Positions 1-11,265 are shown, counted from the stretch's first letter. The stretch: 64,000 bases of DNA from Thiomicrorhabdus sp. (GCF_041583835.1 NZ_JBFHFC010000001.1:151524-215523); one strand, 5' to 3'. The notes: a model not told the origin generated them from the letters alone. A program made the numbers and translations.

Positions 1-47
1 AACCCTATAAATTGTCATCCTTTTGTTATATAACCGTTTTAAAATAA

Positions 48-1364
<1,317 letters not shown>

Positions 1365-1412
1365 ACAGAACGATTTGATGAGTTCATGTACCCGTAAGTT
1401 ACAAGAAGTTCT

Positions 1413-1715
1413 ATGAAACGTCTTTATCTTGTCCTTGGGCTCATCATCGTGATTCTATTAGCTCGCTTACTTTCCTCCAACGGAGGAATCGGCGAGCTTT
1501 TTAGTTTACAGAATCAACTCACCCAACTTGAAAATCAATTAGCTGAACAGCAAAGGCTAAACGCCGAGCTATCGCAGCAAGTTAAGGATTTGCAGACGCA
1601 AAATAGCGCGGTAGAAACCTTGGCTCGACAAACCTTGGGAATGATCGCTAAAGATGAAGTTTTTATCGAAGTGATTGAAACCAAATCATCACATGTCAAC
1701 GATTCGGTCAAATAA
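1413..1715 (+). CDS. ftsB: Cell division protein FtsB
   Basis: 100 aa with an N-terminal TM helix, then a coiled coil (LTQLENQLAEQQRLNAEL) and LGMIAKDEVF. Lies directly after eno, as is typical in gammaproteobacteria. Confidence 0.85.
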   Translation: MKRLYLVLGLIIVILLARLLSSNGGIGELFSLQNQLTQLENQLAEQQRLNAELSQQVKDLQTQNSAVETLARQTLGMIAKDEVFIEVIETKSSHVNDSVK

Positions 1716-1821
1716 GACAGTACGTCCGATACCCCTTAAAACACTTTCAAACAATAAAAAAGAAAGTTCCAGACTCAAACACAAATCCAACCTAACCATT
1801 TGTTATTAAAGTGAAATCAGA

Positions 1822-2379
1822 TCAGTGCGCTTTTAACAACACATAAACACTTCCCGTTCCGCCGTCTTTCGGCTGAGTACTACAAAATGCGATAACTTGT
1901 TTTAATTGTCTTAAACGCATATTTGCGAGGTTCTTCAATACCGGCGCATCGGTTTCGGAATTATATCCTTTGCCGTGAATGACAAGGACGCTACGCTTAT
2001 GGGCGTGGTAACAACGATGAATAAATGCCTGCAAAGTTTCATCGGCTGCCTGCTCAGTCAAACCGTGTAAATCCAACTCGGCCTCGATCGGAAACTCGCC
2101 TTTTTTAAGACGACTTAAATCTTGGAGGCGTAACCCCTTACGGTGATACAGCAAACTTTCAAAAGCGCCTACTGTTGAACTACCGTCATGATTTTCAATG
2201 ACGTCAACCGTTAACTCGACCTGTCGTTGCTTTTGCTTGATGCCTTTTATCGTTTGATGGTAACGTACACGCTGTAACCCCGACTGCTGCTGCGATACCT
2301 TGGATTTTTGATTGAGCGGTTTAACTCCATCCATCGCTTCAGTAAATAAGGATTTATCTTCTGCTGACAACTTAGACAC
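1822..2379 (-). CDS. smrB: Smr-domain endonuclease, SmrB/YfcN-like
   Basis: C-terminal Smr domain (LDLHGLT ... VLVIHGKG). The 185-aa length and N-terminal layout resemble E. coli SmrB. Confidence 0.7.
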   Translation of the reverse strand: MSKLSAEDKSLFTEAMDGVKPLNQKSKVSQQQSGLQRVRYHQTIKGIKQKQRQVELTVDVIENHDGSSTVGAFESLLYHRKGLRLQDLSRLKKGEFPIEAELDLHGLTEQAADETLQAFIHRCYHAHKRSVLVIHGKGYNSETDAPVLKNLANMRLRQLKQVIAFCSTQPKDGGTGSVYVLLKAH

Positions 2380-2427
2380 TATATAATCTTCATACTATAA
2401 AAATTTCGAAATAGGTTATTTTACCTG

Positions 2428-3198
2428 ATGAACATTCTTCTCTCCAATGACGACGGCTATTTAGCCCCCGGTATTAGGGTTTTATTTGAAACTTTGCAAA
2501 AACAAGTCCAATTTAAAGAGTTGGTCATGCTGGCTCCGGATCGTAATCGAAGCGCCGCCAGTAACTCGTTAACTTTATTGGAACCTTTACGCATTCAAAA
2601 CCAATCCACTAGCGACGACCCGCACGCCAACTGCCGAATTTTCAGCGTTAACGGCACCCCAACGGACTGCGTCCATCTTGGGATTAACGGCGCACTGGAT
2701 TTTCAACCGGATATCGTCATATCGGGCATTAACGACGGCGCCAATATGGGCGATGACGTTTTGTATTCAGGGACGGTTGCCGCAGCGACGGAAGGGCGCT
2801 TCTTAGGTAAGCCATCGATTGCCGTCTCGCTCTGCGGAGACCAACATTTCGAAACGGCAGCACATGTCCTGATTAAATTCTTAAGCCAGCTTCCACCGAT
2901 CAGTGCGGACACCATTATCAACATCAATGTGCCCGATATTCCGCTTACCGAACTTCAAGGCATCAAAATCACCCGTTTAGGTAAGCGCCACTGCTCGGAA
3001 CCGGTCGTTAAACAGACCGATCCGAGAGGCAAGCCGATTTACTGGATCGGACCTGCAGGCGACGCAGCCGATGCGGGCGAGGGAACGGACTTTCACGCGG
3101 TAGAACAGGGTTATGCGTCTATTACACCGCTTAAAATCGACCTTAGTCATTATGAGATGATGGAAACATTACAACAATGGGCACACACGAATCCTTAA
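2428..3198 (+). CDS. surE: 5'/3'-nucleotidase SurE
   Basis: MNILLSNDDGYLAPGI N-terminus and GINDGANMG motif. Followed by pcm. Confidence 0.93.
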   Translation: MNILLSNDDGYLAPGIRVLFETLQKQVQFKELVMLAPDRNRSAASNSLTLLEPLRIQNQSTSDDPHANCRIFSVNGTPTDCVHLGINGALDFQPDIVISGINDGANMGDDVLYSGTVAAATEGRFLGKPSIAVSLCGDQHFETAAHVLIKFLSQLPPISADTIININVPDIPLTELQGIKITRLGKRHCSEPVVKQTDPRGKPIYWIGPAGDAADAGEGTDFHAVEQGYASITPLKIDLSHYEMMETLQQWAHTNP

Positions 3199-3284
3199 CA
3201 TTAAATAGTATCCTGGCCGAACAACTACTCTCCAAACCAGCCGAATACCCCAACAGCGCGTTTCAATTTAACCAAGGCGTGGGA

Positions 3285-3926
3285 ATGACTTCGCAGCGAA
3301 CCCGAGACCGCCTTATTCGCCGGCTAATGGAGTTGGGCATATCGGACCACCGCGTGCTTAATGCCATGCGTGTGGTACCAAGACACCTTTTCCTCGACGA
3401 AGCGATGGGCACTCGGTCTTACGAAGATACCGCTTTACCGATCGGCTATGGTCAGACCATTTCACAGCCTATTGTCGTCGCCACCATGACACAGTGGTTG
3501 CTGGCGGACACTGCAAACTACCCAATGGATAAAGTCCTTGAAATCGGTACCGGATCGGGCTATCAAACTGCCGTATTGTCACTCTTGGTCAAACAACTAT
3601 TCAGTGTAGAACGCATTGAACCGCTTACCCGTAAAGCACAGACGGTCATCCAATCACTGGATCTTGACAATATTCAATTTGATTTAAGTGACGGGCATTG
3701 GGGCTGGCCATCCAATGCACCTTTTGACGGCATCATTTCAGCGGCAGCCCCCGAAAAACTACCGGAAGAATTGATCAGCCAACTTAAGATAGGCGGGCGC
3801 CTTGTGATGCCGATCGGCGAGGAACAACAACTTTTATACGGATTCGTTAAAACCTCAACCGGTGTCAAAAAGACCTGTCTTGGAGAGGTTTTATTTGTTC
3901 CCATGAAACAAGGAATTGAAGAGTGA
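3285..3926 (+). CDS. pcm: Protein-L-isoaspartate O-methyltransferase
   Basis: GQTISQP and LEIGTGSGYQTA (SAM-binding) motifs. The ATG at 3285 gives the MTSQRTRDRLI N-terminus typical of Pcm. The ORF stays open back to 3177, so the start is uncertain. Confidence 0.9.
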   Translation: MTSQRTRDRLIRRLMELGISDHRVLNAMRVVPRHLFLDEAMGTRSYEDTALPIGYGQTISQPIVVATMTQWLLADTANYPMDKVLEIGTGSGYQTAVLSLLVKQLFSVERIEPLTRKAQTVIQSLDLDNIQFDLSDGHWGWPSNAPFDGIISAAAPEKLPEELISQLKIGGRLVMPIGEEQQLLYGFVKTSTGVKKTCLGEVLFVPMKQGIEE

Positions 3927-4501
3927 GCTTATTTTCCACCCTGTATGATAAAACCCTAATTTGGGCTAAACACCCGAAAGCCCCTTGGTACTTAGGTGGC
4001 ATGAGTTTCGCTGAATCTTCTTTTTTCCCCATCCCGCCCGATGTCATGCTAATGCCGATGGCTCTAGCCAAACCGCAAAAAGCCTTCCACTACGCCTGGA
4101 TTACCACGATATTTTCTTTACTGGGTGGGCTTTTAGGTTATGCCATCGGCTTTTGGCTCTTGGAAGCCATCTGGCCGACAATTCAAACATTGGGCTACGA
4201 AGCCCGCTACCATCAAGTTGAAGAGTTCTTCAATGAATACGGTGTTTGGGTGGTTTTTGCCGCCGGTTTCAGTCCTATTCCGTATAAACTATTTACAGTC
4301 ACGGCCGGAGCCACTAACATGGCTCTATTACCTTTTTTAATCGCTTCATTCGTCGGACGAGGCGCTCGCTTCTTTTTGGTTGCTTGGGTCATGAAAGTCG
4401 GCGGAGAGCGCTATGAAGAAAAAATACGACAGTGGATTGATTGGTTGGGTTGGCTGGCAGTCGGCCTGATTGCTCTATATCTTGTAATAAAACTCACGTA
4501 A
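3923..4501 (+). CDS. YqaA/DedA-related inner membrane protein
   Basis: GTG start overlaps the pcm stop (GTGA). Multi-TM protein with the FFPIPPDV motif of the YqaA (SNARE-associated/DedA-like) family. Confidence 0.75.
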   Translation: MSLFSTLYDKTLIWAKHPKAPWYLGGMSFAESSFFPIPPDVMLMPMALAKPQKAFHYAWITTIFSLLGGLLGYAIGFWLLEAIWPTIQTLGYEARYHQVEEFFNEYGVWVVFAAGFSPIPYKLFTVTAGATNMALLPFLIASFVGRGARFFLVAWVMKVGGERYEEKIRQWIDWLGWLAVGLIALYLVIKLT

Positions 4502-4514
4502 CAACGGCGAGACA

Positions 4515-5258
4515 ATGGCTTTTGAATTTTCAAAAAACGATAGATCAATCTCAAAACCGAATTTTTTGATCGCGGCTTCGGTAGCCGCCTTTTCCAGCTT
4601 ATTAATGCTTTCCGGTTGCTCAAGCACACCCAGTTCAAACTACTTGCATCTAGAGCAAGGTCCGCATACAAGAACCAACGGATCGTCGCAATGCGGCCAG
4701 GTTTACAAAGTGCGCAGTGGCGACACTTTAAGTCAAATCGCGGTTAAATGCAGAGTCAACATGAATCAGTTAGCCTATGCAAACGATCTCTTGCCGCCCT
4801 ATACGATTCATATAAACCAGAAACTGGTTGTTCCCCAAAACGGTTCCACGGCGCAAAAGCATTTTGAACGTTCTCAAAAAGCAAAACAAATGGCTTCATG
4901 GAATTGGCCGATGGATCCGAAACTACAATATCAATACAAACGCGATCCTTCAGGCTTGAATGCTTTGGAAATTTACGGCGTACCCGGATTACCGATAAAA
5001 TCGGTTGAAGAGGGCGAGGTGGTATATGCAGGCGACGGCATCTCCCATTTCGGCCTTCTCGTCATGATCAAACACCCAAGCGGCTATTTAAGTACCTACG
5101 CTCATAACAGCCGTATACTGGTCAAAGAAGGGCAAAAAGTAAAGTCGGGGCAAACCATCGCGGCGCTTGGAGCAAGCGGGGAAACCGACCGACCGAAACT
5201 TTATCTTGAAGCGCGTTATCGTGGCAGGAAAGTGGACGCGAAACAACTCTTTAGATAA
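4515..5258 (+). CDS. nlpD: NlpD-like lipoprotein (LysM + degenerate M23/LytM domain)
   Basis: Lipobox LSGC, LysM (YKVRSGDTLSQIA) and a C-terminal M23 fold. The HxxxD and HxH metal ligands appear replaced (ALEIY, PKLYLE), as in the non-catalytic amidase activator NlpD of E. coli. Confidence 0.8.
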   Translation: MAFEFSKNDRSISKPNFLIAASVAAFSSLLMLSGCSSTPSSNYLHLEQGPHTRTNGSSQCGQVYKVRSGDTLSQIAVKCRVNMNQLAYANDLLPPYTIHINQKLVVPQNGSTAQKHFERSQKAKQMASWNWPMDPKLQYQYKRDPSGLNALEIYGVPGLPIKSVEEGEVVYAGDGISHFGLLVMIKHPSGYLSTYAHNSRILVKEGQKVKSGQTIAALGASGETDRPKLYLEARYRGRKVDAKQLFR

Positions 5259-5300
5259 TTAATCCAATCGAACACCAGAGATTAAATTAATCCTGTGATA

Positions 5301-5684
5301 TCAATTGGTTACGGCATCCATAATTAAGCCAAGAACCACTTCCCGATCTTCGGTCGTCAATACATTATAAGTTCGACAAGCGGCCATATTATTCATTACC
5401 TCCAAAGCAATTCCTTTTTGGGCGCAATAGGCGAATAGACGAGGCTCCGGAAAAACTTGCTGCTCTCCGGTTCCCAAAATAATAACTTCCGGCTGCAGAG
5501 CAAGTAATTGATCCAAATGCTCGGTTTCAAGCTCACTGATATGTTTGCATGCCCAATCTTTAATCAACTCTTTTTGGTTCAGATAACAACTTTCATGAAT
5601 GGTCTGATCATTGATTTTGACCGTTCCGGGTTCGTAACGCTTAACCGCATAAACATTTGAGTCGCGATGCTCGGTAAATTTCAT
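5301..5684 (-). CDS. Mth938/DUF498 domain protein
   Basis: 127 aa. The LQPEVIILGTGEQQVFP ... GIALEVMNNMAACRTYNVL pattern is typical of the Mth938/NDUFAF3-like family. Confidence 0.6.
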   Translation of the reverse strand: MKFTEHRDSNVYAVKRYEPGTVKINDQTIHESCYLNQKELIKDWACKHISELETEHLDQLLALQPEVIILGTGEQQVFPEPRLFAYCAQKGIALEVMNNMAACRTYNVLTTEDREVVLGLIMDAVTN

Positions 5685-5773
5685 AAAATTCAGTCTCGTT
5701 TTGGATATTTAAAGTATAACGTAGCATTCGCCACAAATCCGCTATTAAAGCGGATTTATCTGATGATTATCAA

Positions 5774-5801
5774 TTGACGAAACAAAATGTTTCTGTATCA
5801 T
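5774..5801 (+). promoter_or_regulatory. Putative sigma70 promoter of the aminotransferase-hom operon
   Basis: TTGACG (5774-5779), 16-nt spacer, TATCAT (5796-5801), about 40-65 nt upstream of the candidate starts. Confidence 0.35.
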
Positions 5802-5841
5802 TAGTCGTTTATAAAAAATTTCTATTTTAACGCTTTTTTGC

Positions 5842-7062
5842 GTGGCTCACAGAAGGCTAAATTTCGTGATAGAAGAGTTCCAGAGAATTAAAAGACTTCC
5901 ACCCTATGTGTTCAATATTGTCGGTGAATTAAAAGCCGAAGCGCGTAGAAGAGGGGAAGATATTATCGATTTTGGTATGGGGAATCCTGACCAAGATACG
6001 CCTAAGCATATCGTTGATAAGCTAATTGAAGTTGTACAACGTGAAGGCACGCACCGTTACTCGGTTTCACAAGGAATTCCGCGTTTACGTAAAGCGATCT
6101 GTAACTGGTACAAAAAAAATTACGATGTTGATTTGGATTCCAATACGGAAGCCGTTGTCACCATCGGTTCCAAAGAAGGTCTTGCCCACCTGGCGATGGC
6201 CACAGTCGACAAAGGGGATACCGTCCTGGTTCCTAACCCGGCTTACCCGATTCACCCATACGGTTTCGTCATCGCCGGTGCGGATATTCGTCATGTACGC
6301 ATGACACCGGAAGTCGACTTTTTCGACGAATTGGAAAAAGCCATTAAAGAGTCATGGCCAAAACCTAAAATGTTGGTTCTGAACTTCCCTGGAAATCCGA
6401 CCACCCAAACCGTTGAGTTGGAGTTCTTCGAAAAAGTCGTAGCGATCGCCAAGGAACACAGCATTTGGGTCATTCACGATTTAGCCTATGCCGACATCGT
6501 ATTCGACGGTTATAAAGCGCCGTCCATTCTTCAAGTTGAAGGGGCTAAAGACATCGCGGTTGAATTCTATACGCTGTCCAAAAGTTATAACATGCCAGGA
6601 TGGCGCGTCGGCTTCATGGTCGGTAACCCGACTTTGGTCAACGCACTGAAACGTATGAAATCCTATCTGGATTACGGTACATTCACGCCAATTCAGGTTG
6701 CGGCAATCGCGGCACTTGAAGGCCCGCAGGAATGCGTTCAGGAAATCTGCGACATGTACAAGGTTCGTCGCGACGTACTGTGCCAGGGATTAAACTCTAT
6801 CGGCTGGAAGGTCACGCCGCCTAAGGCGACCATGTTCGTATGGGCACCGATTCCTGAAGAGTATAAGTCGATGGGATCGATCGAGTTTTCCAAAAAACTG
6901 CTGACCGACGCCAAAGTGGCCGTCTCTCCGGGAGTCGGTTTCGGTGACTACGGTGACGACCACGTCCGTTTCGGCTTAATCGAAAACGAACACCGCACCC
7001 GTCAGGCGATTCGCGGTATTCGCGATATGTTCCGTAAAGACGGCTTAATCAAACAAGATTAA
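5842..7062 (+). CDS. alaC: PLP-dependent class I aminotransferase, AlaC-like
   Basis: [34 protein letters not shown]-terminal block and the [13 protein letters not shown]-lysine motif. GTG start at 5842, with an alternative GTG at 5866. Confidence 0.85.
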   Translation: MAHRRLNFVIEEFQRIKRLPPYVFNIVGELKAEARRRGEDIIDFGMGNPDQDTPKHIVDKLIEVVQREGTHRYSVSQGIPRLRKAICNWYKKNYDVDLDSNTEAVVTIGSKEGLAHLAMATVDKGDTVLVPNPAYPIHPYGFVIAGADIRHVRMTPEVDFFDELEKAIKESWPKPKMLVLNFPGNPTTQTVELEFFEKVVAIAKEHSIWVIHDLAYADIVFDGYKAPSILQVEGAKDIAVEFYTLSKSYNMPGWRVGFMVGNPTLVNALKRMKSYLDYGTFTPIQVAAIAALEGPQECVQEICDMYKVRRDVLCQGLNSIGWKVTPPKATMFVWAPIPEEYKSMGSIEFSKKLLTDAKVAVSPGVGFGDYGDDHVRFGLIENEHRTRQAIRGIRDMFRKDGLIKQD

Positions 7063-7107
7063 ACAACACACACTCTGCAAAAAATACACAAACAGGAAAC
7101 AAGCGAA

Positions 7108-8418
7108 ATGAAAGCAGTCAAATTAGGTCTATTAGGTTTAGGTACCGTCGGTGGCGGTACTGTTGAAATCCTGCAAGAGTCATTGTCAGAGATTCAACGA
7201 CGTTTAGGCCAGACGATTGAAATTTCCATCATCGCTGTTCGTGATTTAAACCGCCCGAGAAACGTCGATACGGCTGATATCCAATTAACGGATCAGCCTA
7301 TGGATGTCGTCAACCATCAGGACGTCGACATCGTCGTCGAATTGATGGGCGGAACAGAATTTGCCAAAACGTTACTGGAAACCGCAATTCAAAACGGTAA
7401 ACACGTCGTAACCGCCAATAAGGCACTGATTGCCGAACACGGTAACGAGTTATTCGCATTAGCAAATAAACATAACGTGATCGTCTCTTATGAAGCTGCG
7501 GTTGCCGGAGGCATTCCGATTATCAAGGCGATGCGTGAAGGTCTTGCCGGAAACCAAATTGAATGGGTTGCAGGTATCATCAACGGAACCGGTAACTACA
7601 TCCTCACGGAAATGAAACAGCCGGGTGCCGATTTTGCTACCGTACTTAAGACCGCTCAAGAATTGGGTTATGCGGAAGCCGATCCTACCTTTGACGTGGA
7701 AGGAATCGATGCTGCCCATAAGCTGACTATCTTGGCGTCGATCGCTTTTGGTATCGAACTTCAATTCAACAAAGTTTATACCGAAGGGATCAGCAAAATT
7801 TCTGCGGACGATATTCGCTTTGCCAGCCAGCTAGGGTATGAAATCAAGCATCTTGGTATGGCCAGTCGTACAGAAAACGGTTATTCACTGCGTGTACACC
7901 CGACCATGGTTCCAAAATCGGTTTTGATCGCCAATGTTAATGGTGTGATGAACGCCGTCATGGCTTACGGTAATCACGTCGGTCCGACAATGTATTACGG
8001 TCCGGGCGCAGGTGCGGGTCCAACGGCCAGTGCGGTAGTTGCAGACATTATCGACGTCATCCGTTGGCAGGATCAGCCTCAGCAAGACCGCGTTCCTGCA
8101 TTGGGCTTTAAAGGCGATCAACTTCAACAGGCTCCGGTGGTTTCTATCGACGAGATTGAATCCGCTTACTATATTCGTTGCTTTGCTCTGGATCATGCCG
8201 GTGTATTGGCTAAGATCACAACCATTCTTGCCGAATTCAACATCAGCGTTGAACACATGCTTCAAGAACCGAGTAAGAGCAATAAGAATGATGCGACTTT
8301 GGTCATGATTACCAATACCGTCAAGGAAGCCGATATGAACACTGCCCTGGCATCCCTGCAAGCATTGGATGAAATCGACGGTGAGATCATGCGAATCCGT
8401 GTGGATTCATTAGGTTAA
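7108..8418 (+). CDS. hom: Homoserine dehydrogenase with C-terminal ACT domain
   Basis: GLLGLGTVGGG NAD-binding fold, the LGYAEADPTFDVEGIDAAHKL catalytic region and an ACT-like tail. Followed by thrC. Confidence 0.93.
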   Translation: MKAVKLGLLGLGTVGGGTVEILQESLSEIQRRLGQTIEISIIAVRDLNRPRNVDTADIQLTDQPMDVVNHQDVDIVVELMGGTEFAKTLLETAIQNGKHVVTANKALIAEHGNELFALANKHNVIVSYEAAVAGGIPIIKAMREGLAGNQIEWVAGIINGTGNYILTEMKQPGADFATVLKTAQELGYAEADPTFDVEGIDAAHKLTILASIAFGIELQFNKVYTEGISKISADDIRFASQLGYEIKHLGMASRTENGYSLRVHPTMVPKSVLIANVNGVMNAVMAYGNHVGPTMYYGPGAGAGPTASAVVADIIDVIRWQDQPQQDRVPALGFKGDQLQQAPVVSIDEIESAYYIRCFALDHAGVLAKITTILAEFNISVEHMLQEPSKSNKNDATLVMITNTVKEADMNTALASLQALDEIDGEIMRIRVDSLG

Positions 8419-8440
8419 CCGCCAAAACCTTACGATATAA

Positions 8441-8464
8441 AAGCCGGTTTCAACTGGCTTTTTT
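8441..8464 (+). terminator. Rho-independent terminator after hom
   Basis: aagccgg/ctggctt stem (one G-U pair), 6-nt loop, then a T-run. Confidence 0.7.
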
Positions 8465-8492
8465 ACAGATAAATTTGAATTATCTGTATAAT
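8465..8492 (+). promoter_or_regulatory. Inverted repeat overlapping a TATAAT box upstream of thrC
   Basis: ACAGATAA (8465-8472), 7 nt, TTATCTGT (8480-8487), abutting TATAAT (8487-8492). Confidence 0.3.
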
Positions 8493-8529
8493 TCCCGCTA
8501 ATTAAATATTTTGTGTTGGACTTCTCCTT

Positions 8530-10005
8530 ATGAACTTTATTGAAACACGTGGCAACGACGGTCAATTTCCATTAGAGATCACTTTTTCTCAGGCAATCCT
8601 GAGCCCAATGTCATCTTTCGGTGGCCTTTACTCACCAAAAACCTTACCTGAGCTTGGTTTGGCATTTTTGGAAAAGCACCTTAACTCTGACTATAAAACC
8701 CTAGCCGCGGCGATTTTAGACGAGTTCGAAATCGACATCGAACCGTCGATCATCACTCAAGCCCTAAACTTATACGACCAGTTTGACGACCCTAAAAACC
8801 CGGTTCCGGTCGTTAAGGTGAAAGAAGACCTTTATGTTAGCGAACTGTATCACGGCCCGACACGTGCATTTAAAGATATGGCACTGCAGCCTTTTGGTAC
8901 TGTGCTTTCGGCAATCGCTCAAGCCCGCGACGAAAAATACCTTATTTTAGCGGCCACTTCCGGAGATACCGGTCCGGCAGCCTTGGATACCTTTAGAAAC
9001 AAACAAAACGTTCAAGTAGCCTGCTTATATCCGGAAGGCGGTACATCGGATGTTCAGCGTTTACAGATGGTGACCGAAGACGCGGACAACCTAAAGGTTA
9101 TCGGGATTAAAGGTGACTTCGATGACGCCCAAAGCGCACTGAAAATGCTGTTGACTTCGGATTCATTCAAGGCAAAATTAAAAGAGAACCAAATCTCTCT
9201 TTCTGCGGCTAACTCGGTTAACTTCGGTCGAATCATTTTTCAGACCATTTACCACGTTCACAGCTACCTTGAACTGATCCGTCAGGGCGCAATAAAGCTA
9301 GGTGACAAGGTTTACCTGAATGTACCTAGCGGTAACTTCGGTAACGCTTTAGGCGGTTACTACGCTTACAAAATGGGCTTGCCGGTCGAACAGATTTTAA
9401 TAGCATCCAACAGCAACAATGTCTTGACTAAATTCATCCAGACCGGTGAATACGATTTAAGAAATTTGGACGTCATTCCAACCACATCACCGGCTATGGA
9501 TATTTTGAAGTCATCCAATATTGAACGAATCTTGTTCGATCTGTTCGGTGCGGAACGAACTAAAGAACTGATGTTCGCACTGGATAAAGACAAATATTAC
9601 GCTTTAAACGCAGATGAAGTTGCTAAAATCCAAAGCATTTTCTCGGCCGATTTCTGTACGGACGAAGAAGGGGAAGCCTACATCAAACAAGCGTTTAGCG
9701 ACGGTTACCTGATGGATCCTCACACGGCGACCTGCTTTAAATCTTATGATACTTGTCGTAAACAACCATCGTTGAAAACCATCGTATATTCGACGGCCGA
9801 ATGGACCAAGTTCTCTCCGGTCATCGCAAATGCGATTTCTGGCGAAACCGGTCTACATGACATCGATGCTTTGAAGATCATTGCAGAAAAAGCCCAGGTT
9901 AAAATTCCTGCTAAAATTCAGGCATTGTTTGATCAACCAATCAGTCAGTCGACCGTAATAGACAAAAACGACATTGAACAGGAAATCTTGAACTTTCTTG
10001 GATAA
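8530..10005 (+). CDS. thrC: Threonine synthase (long form)
   Basis: FIETRGN N-terminus and the GPTRAFKDMALQ PLP-lysine motif. Adjacent to hom. Confidence 0.9.
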   Translation: MNFIETRGNDGQFPLEITFSQAILSPMSSFGGLYSPKTLPELGLAFLEKHLNSDYKTLAAAILDEFEIDIEPSIITQALNLYDQFDDPKNPVPVVKVKEDLYVSELYHGPTRAFKDMALQPFGTVLSAIAQARDEKYLILAATSGDTGPAALDTFRNKQNVQVACLYPEGGTSDVQRLQMVTEDADNLKVIGIKGDFDDAQSALKMLLTSDSFKAKLKENQISLSAANSVNFGRIIFQTIYHVHSYLELIRQGAIKLGDKVYLNVPSGNFGNALGGYYAYKMGLPVEQILIASNSNNVLTKFIQTGEYDLRNLDVIPTTSPAMDILKSSNIERILFDLFGAERTKELMFALDKDKYYALNADEVAKIQSIFSADFCTDEEGEAYIKQAFSDGYLMDPHTATCFKSYDTCRKQPSLKTIVYSTAEWTKFSPVIANAISGETGLHDIDALKIIAEKAQVKIPAKIQALFDQPISQSTVIDKNDIEQEILNFLG

Positions 10006-10050
10006 GGCTTTATTTTTCAATAAAGTACATCAATTAAGTCATGCAACTTA

Positions 10051-10073
10051 AAACCGGGGAAACCCGGTTTTTT
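10051..10073 (+). terminator. Rho-independent terminator after thrC
   Basis: aaaaccggg / cccggtttt stem, 3-nt loop, T-run. Confidence 0.85.
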
Positions 10074-10149
10074 ACTATATACCGGATATTAAACATTCGC
10101 TTTCAGTTCGTAAAAAAAGCGAACTATGCCATATAAAGGTTAAACAACT

Positions 10150-11184
10150 ATGTCTAAAGCTGTGACTTTCTGGCTTCCTGAATTATTGCATCCACAACGA
10201 TTCGAAGAAGCTGGCGACAACTTCAATAGCCGCAATTTTCCGGCTTTACAGACGCTACTAAAAAAGGGCGACGTTTATCCGCTGCAAACCGGAATCGGCA
10301 AGACGCAAAACCGAGATTTTTTCAGTACGGCCAGTCAACTGTTTCATCAACCCAAAACCTTACCGATTGCTGCCACATTAGCCTCGCAACTGATTAAAGA
10401 TTTCACTGACGAAGATTACTGGCTTAAAATCGATCCGGTACAAATGGTTCCCGATCGCGATACATTGATATTGATTCCAGGTAAAGACTTAGCGATTACA
10501 GAAGTCGAAGCCAAAGCCTTGATCACAAGCTTTAACCAGCATTTCGAACAAGATCGAGTCAGTATTGAATACGGCACCCCCATTGATTGGTTTCTGCGAA
10601 TCAAGCAACCGATAGACTTACACACCCACTCTTTAGAATCGGTATGCTATCAATCTATAGAAGGTAAAAACCCGACGGGCAATGCGGCACAATATTGGCG
10701 CCAATTATTAAACGAAGCCTCTATGTTGTTCTTTAACCATCCCGTCAATGAAGAGCGCCGTACTCAAGGAATGCCCGAAATCAACGGCGTATGGCTTTGG
10801 GGAGAAGGGCGTTTAACACCTGAAACGATTGTAAAACGTAAAGATGCACTGATTTGGTCAAACGATCGCTATTTACATTCTATGGCGTTACTGTGCAATG
10901 CCGATTCAAAGCCGTTTCCTGAAAATCAGCACGCATGGTCGTTGGACACTGCCGAACAACATTTACTCATGCCGGATGTGATTCACCGAAAACTTGAGCA
11001 AATGACACTGGAAGATTGGTTGGATACGCTCGAATGGCTGGAGAGTCAATGGATGCAACCTTTGCTACAAGCATTGAAAAACAAACAGATTCATTCCCTT
11101 TTGTTGGAGTTGGGAGACGGTTACCGTTATCACATTCAGCCTCAACATCTAAAACGTTTCTGGCGTTTCAAAAATCGACTCTAA
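10150..11184 (+). CDS. Conserved hypothetical protein, possibly RpfE-type (COG4255-like)
   Basis: 344 aa and soluble. The NGVWLWGEG motif and the position near recJ recall the Xanthomonas RpfE-type family. This assignment is from memory only. Confidence 0.4.
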   Translation: MSKAVTFWLPELLHPQRFEEAGDNFNSRNFPALQTLLKKGDVYPLQTGIGKTQNRDFFSTASQLFHQPKTLPIAATLASQLIKDFTDEDYWLKIDPVQMVPDRDTLILIPGKDLAITEVEAKALITSFNQHFEQDRVSIEYGTPIDWFLRIKQPIDLHTHSLESVCYQSIEGKNPTGNAAQYWRQLLNEASMLFFNHPVNEERRTQGMPEINGVWLWGEGRLTPETIVKRKDALIWSNDRYLHSMALLCNADSKPFPENQHAWSLDTAEQHLLMPDVIHRKLEQMTLEDWLDTLEWLESQWMQPLLQALKNKQIHSLLLELGDGYRYHIQPQHLKRFWRFKNRL

Positions 11185-11212
11185 AAAGCGTTATTGCTTC
11201 CGGTAAACACAT

Positions 11213-11242
11213 AAAAAAGCCCATTTATTTATGGGCTTTTTT
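11213..11242. terminator. Bidirectional terminator between convergent genes
   Basis: A6-gcccat-ttattt-atgggc-T6. Works in both orientations. Confidence 0.8.
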
Positions 11243-11265
11243 ATTACCTTAAGAACGGTTCGGTT

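Noticed and set aside
3177-3284. Long N-terminal extension of pcm overlapping surE by 22 nt. Similar over-long ORF-track starts occur for 11266-12318, 27895-28833, 32028-32516, 42708-43568 and 61400-62962.
   Set aside because: Homologue N-termini and Shine-Dalgarno positions favour the internal starts given in the feature list. The extensions carry no conserved sequence.
7885-8361. 158-aa ORF antisense to hom. Similar long shadow ORFs lie at 7459-7764, 23057-23431, 44284-44847, 48430-48819, 56798-57136, 58414-58848, 59745-60275 and 62249-62764.
   Set aside because: Each lies entirely inside a strongly supported gene on the opposite strand. Their composition is Arg/Cys/His-rich or low-complexity, which is typical of antisense frames, and I recognise no motif in any of them.
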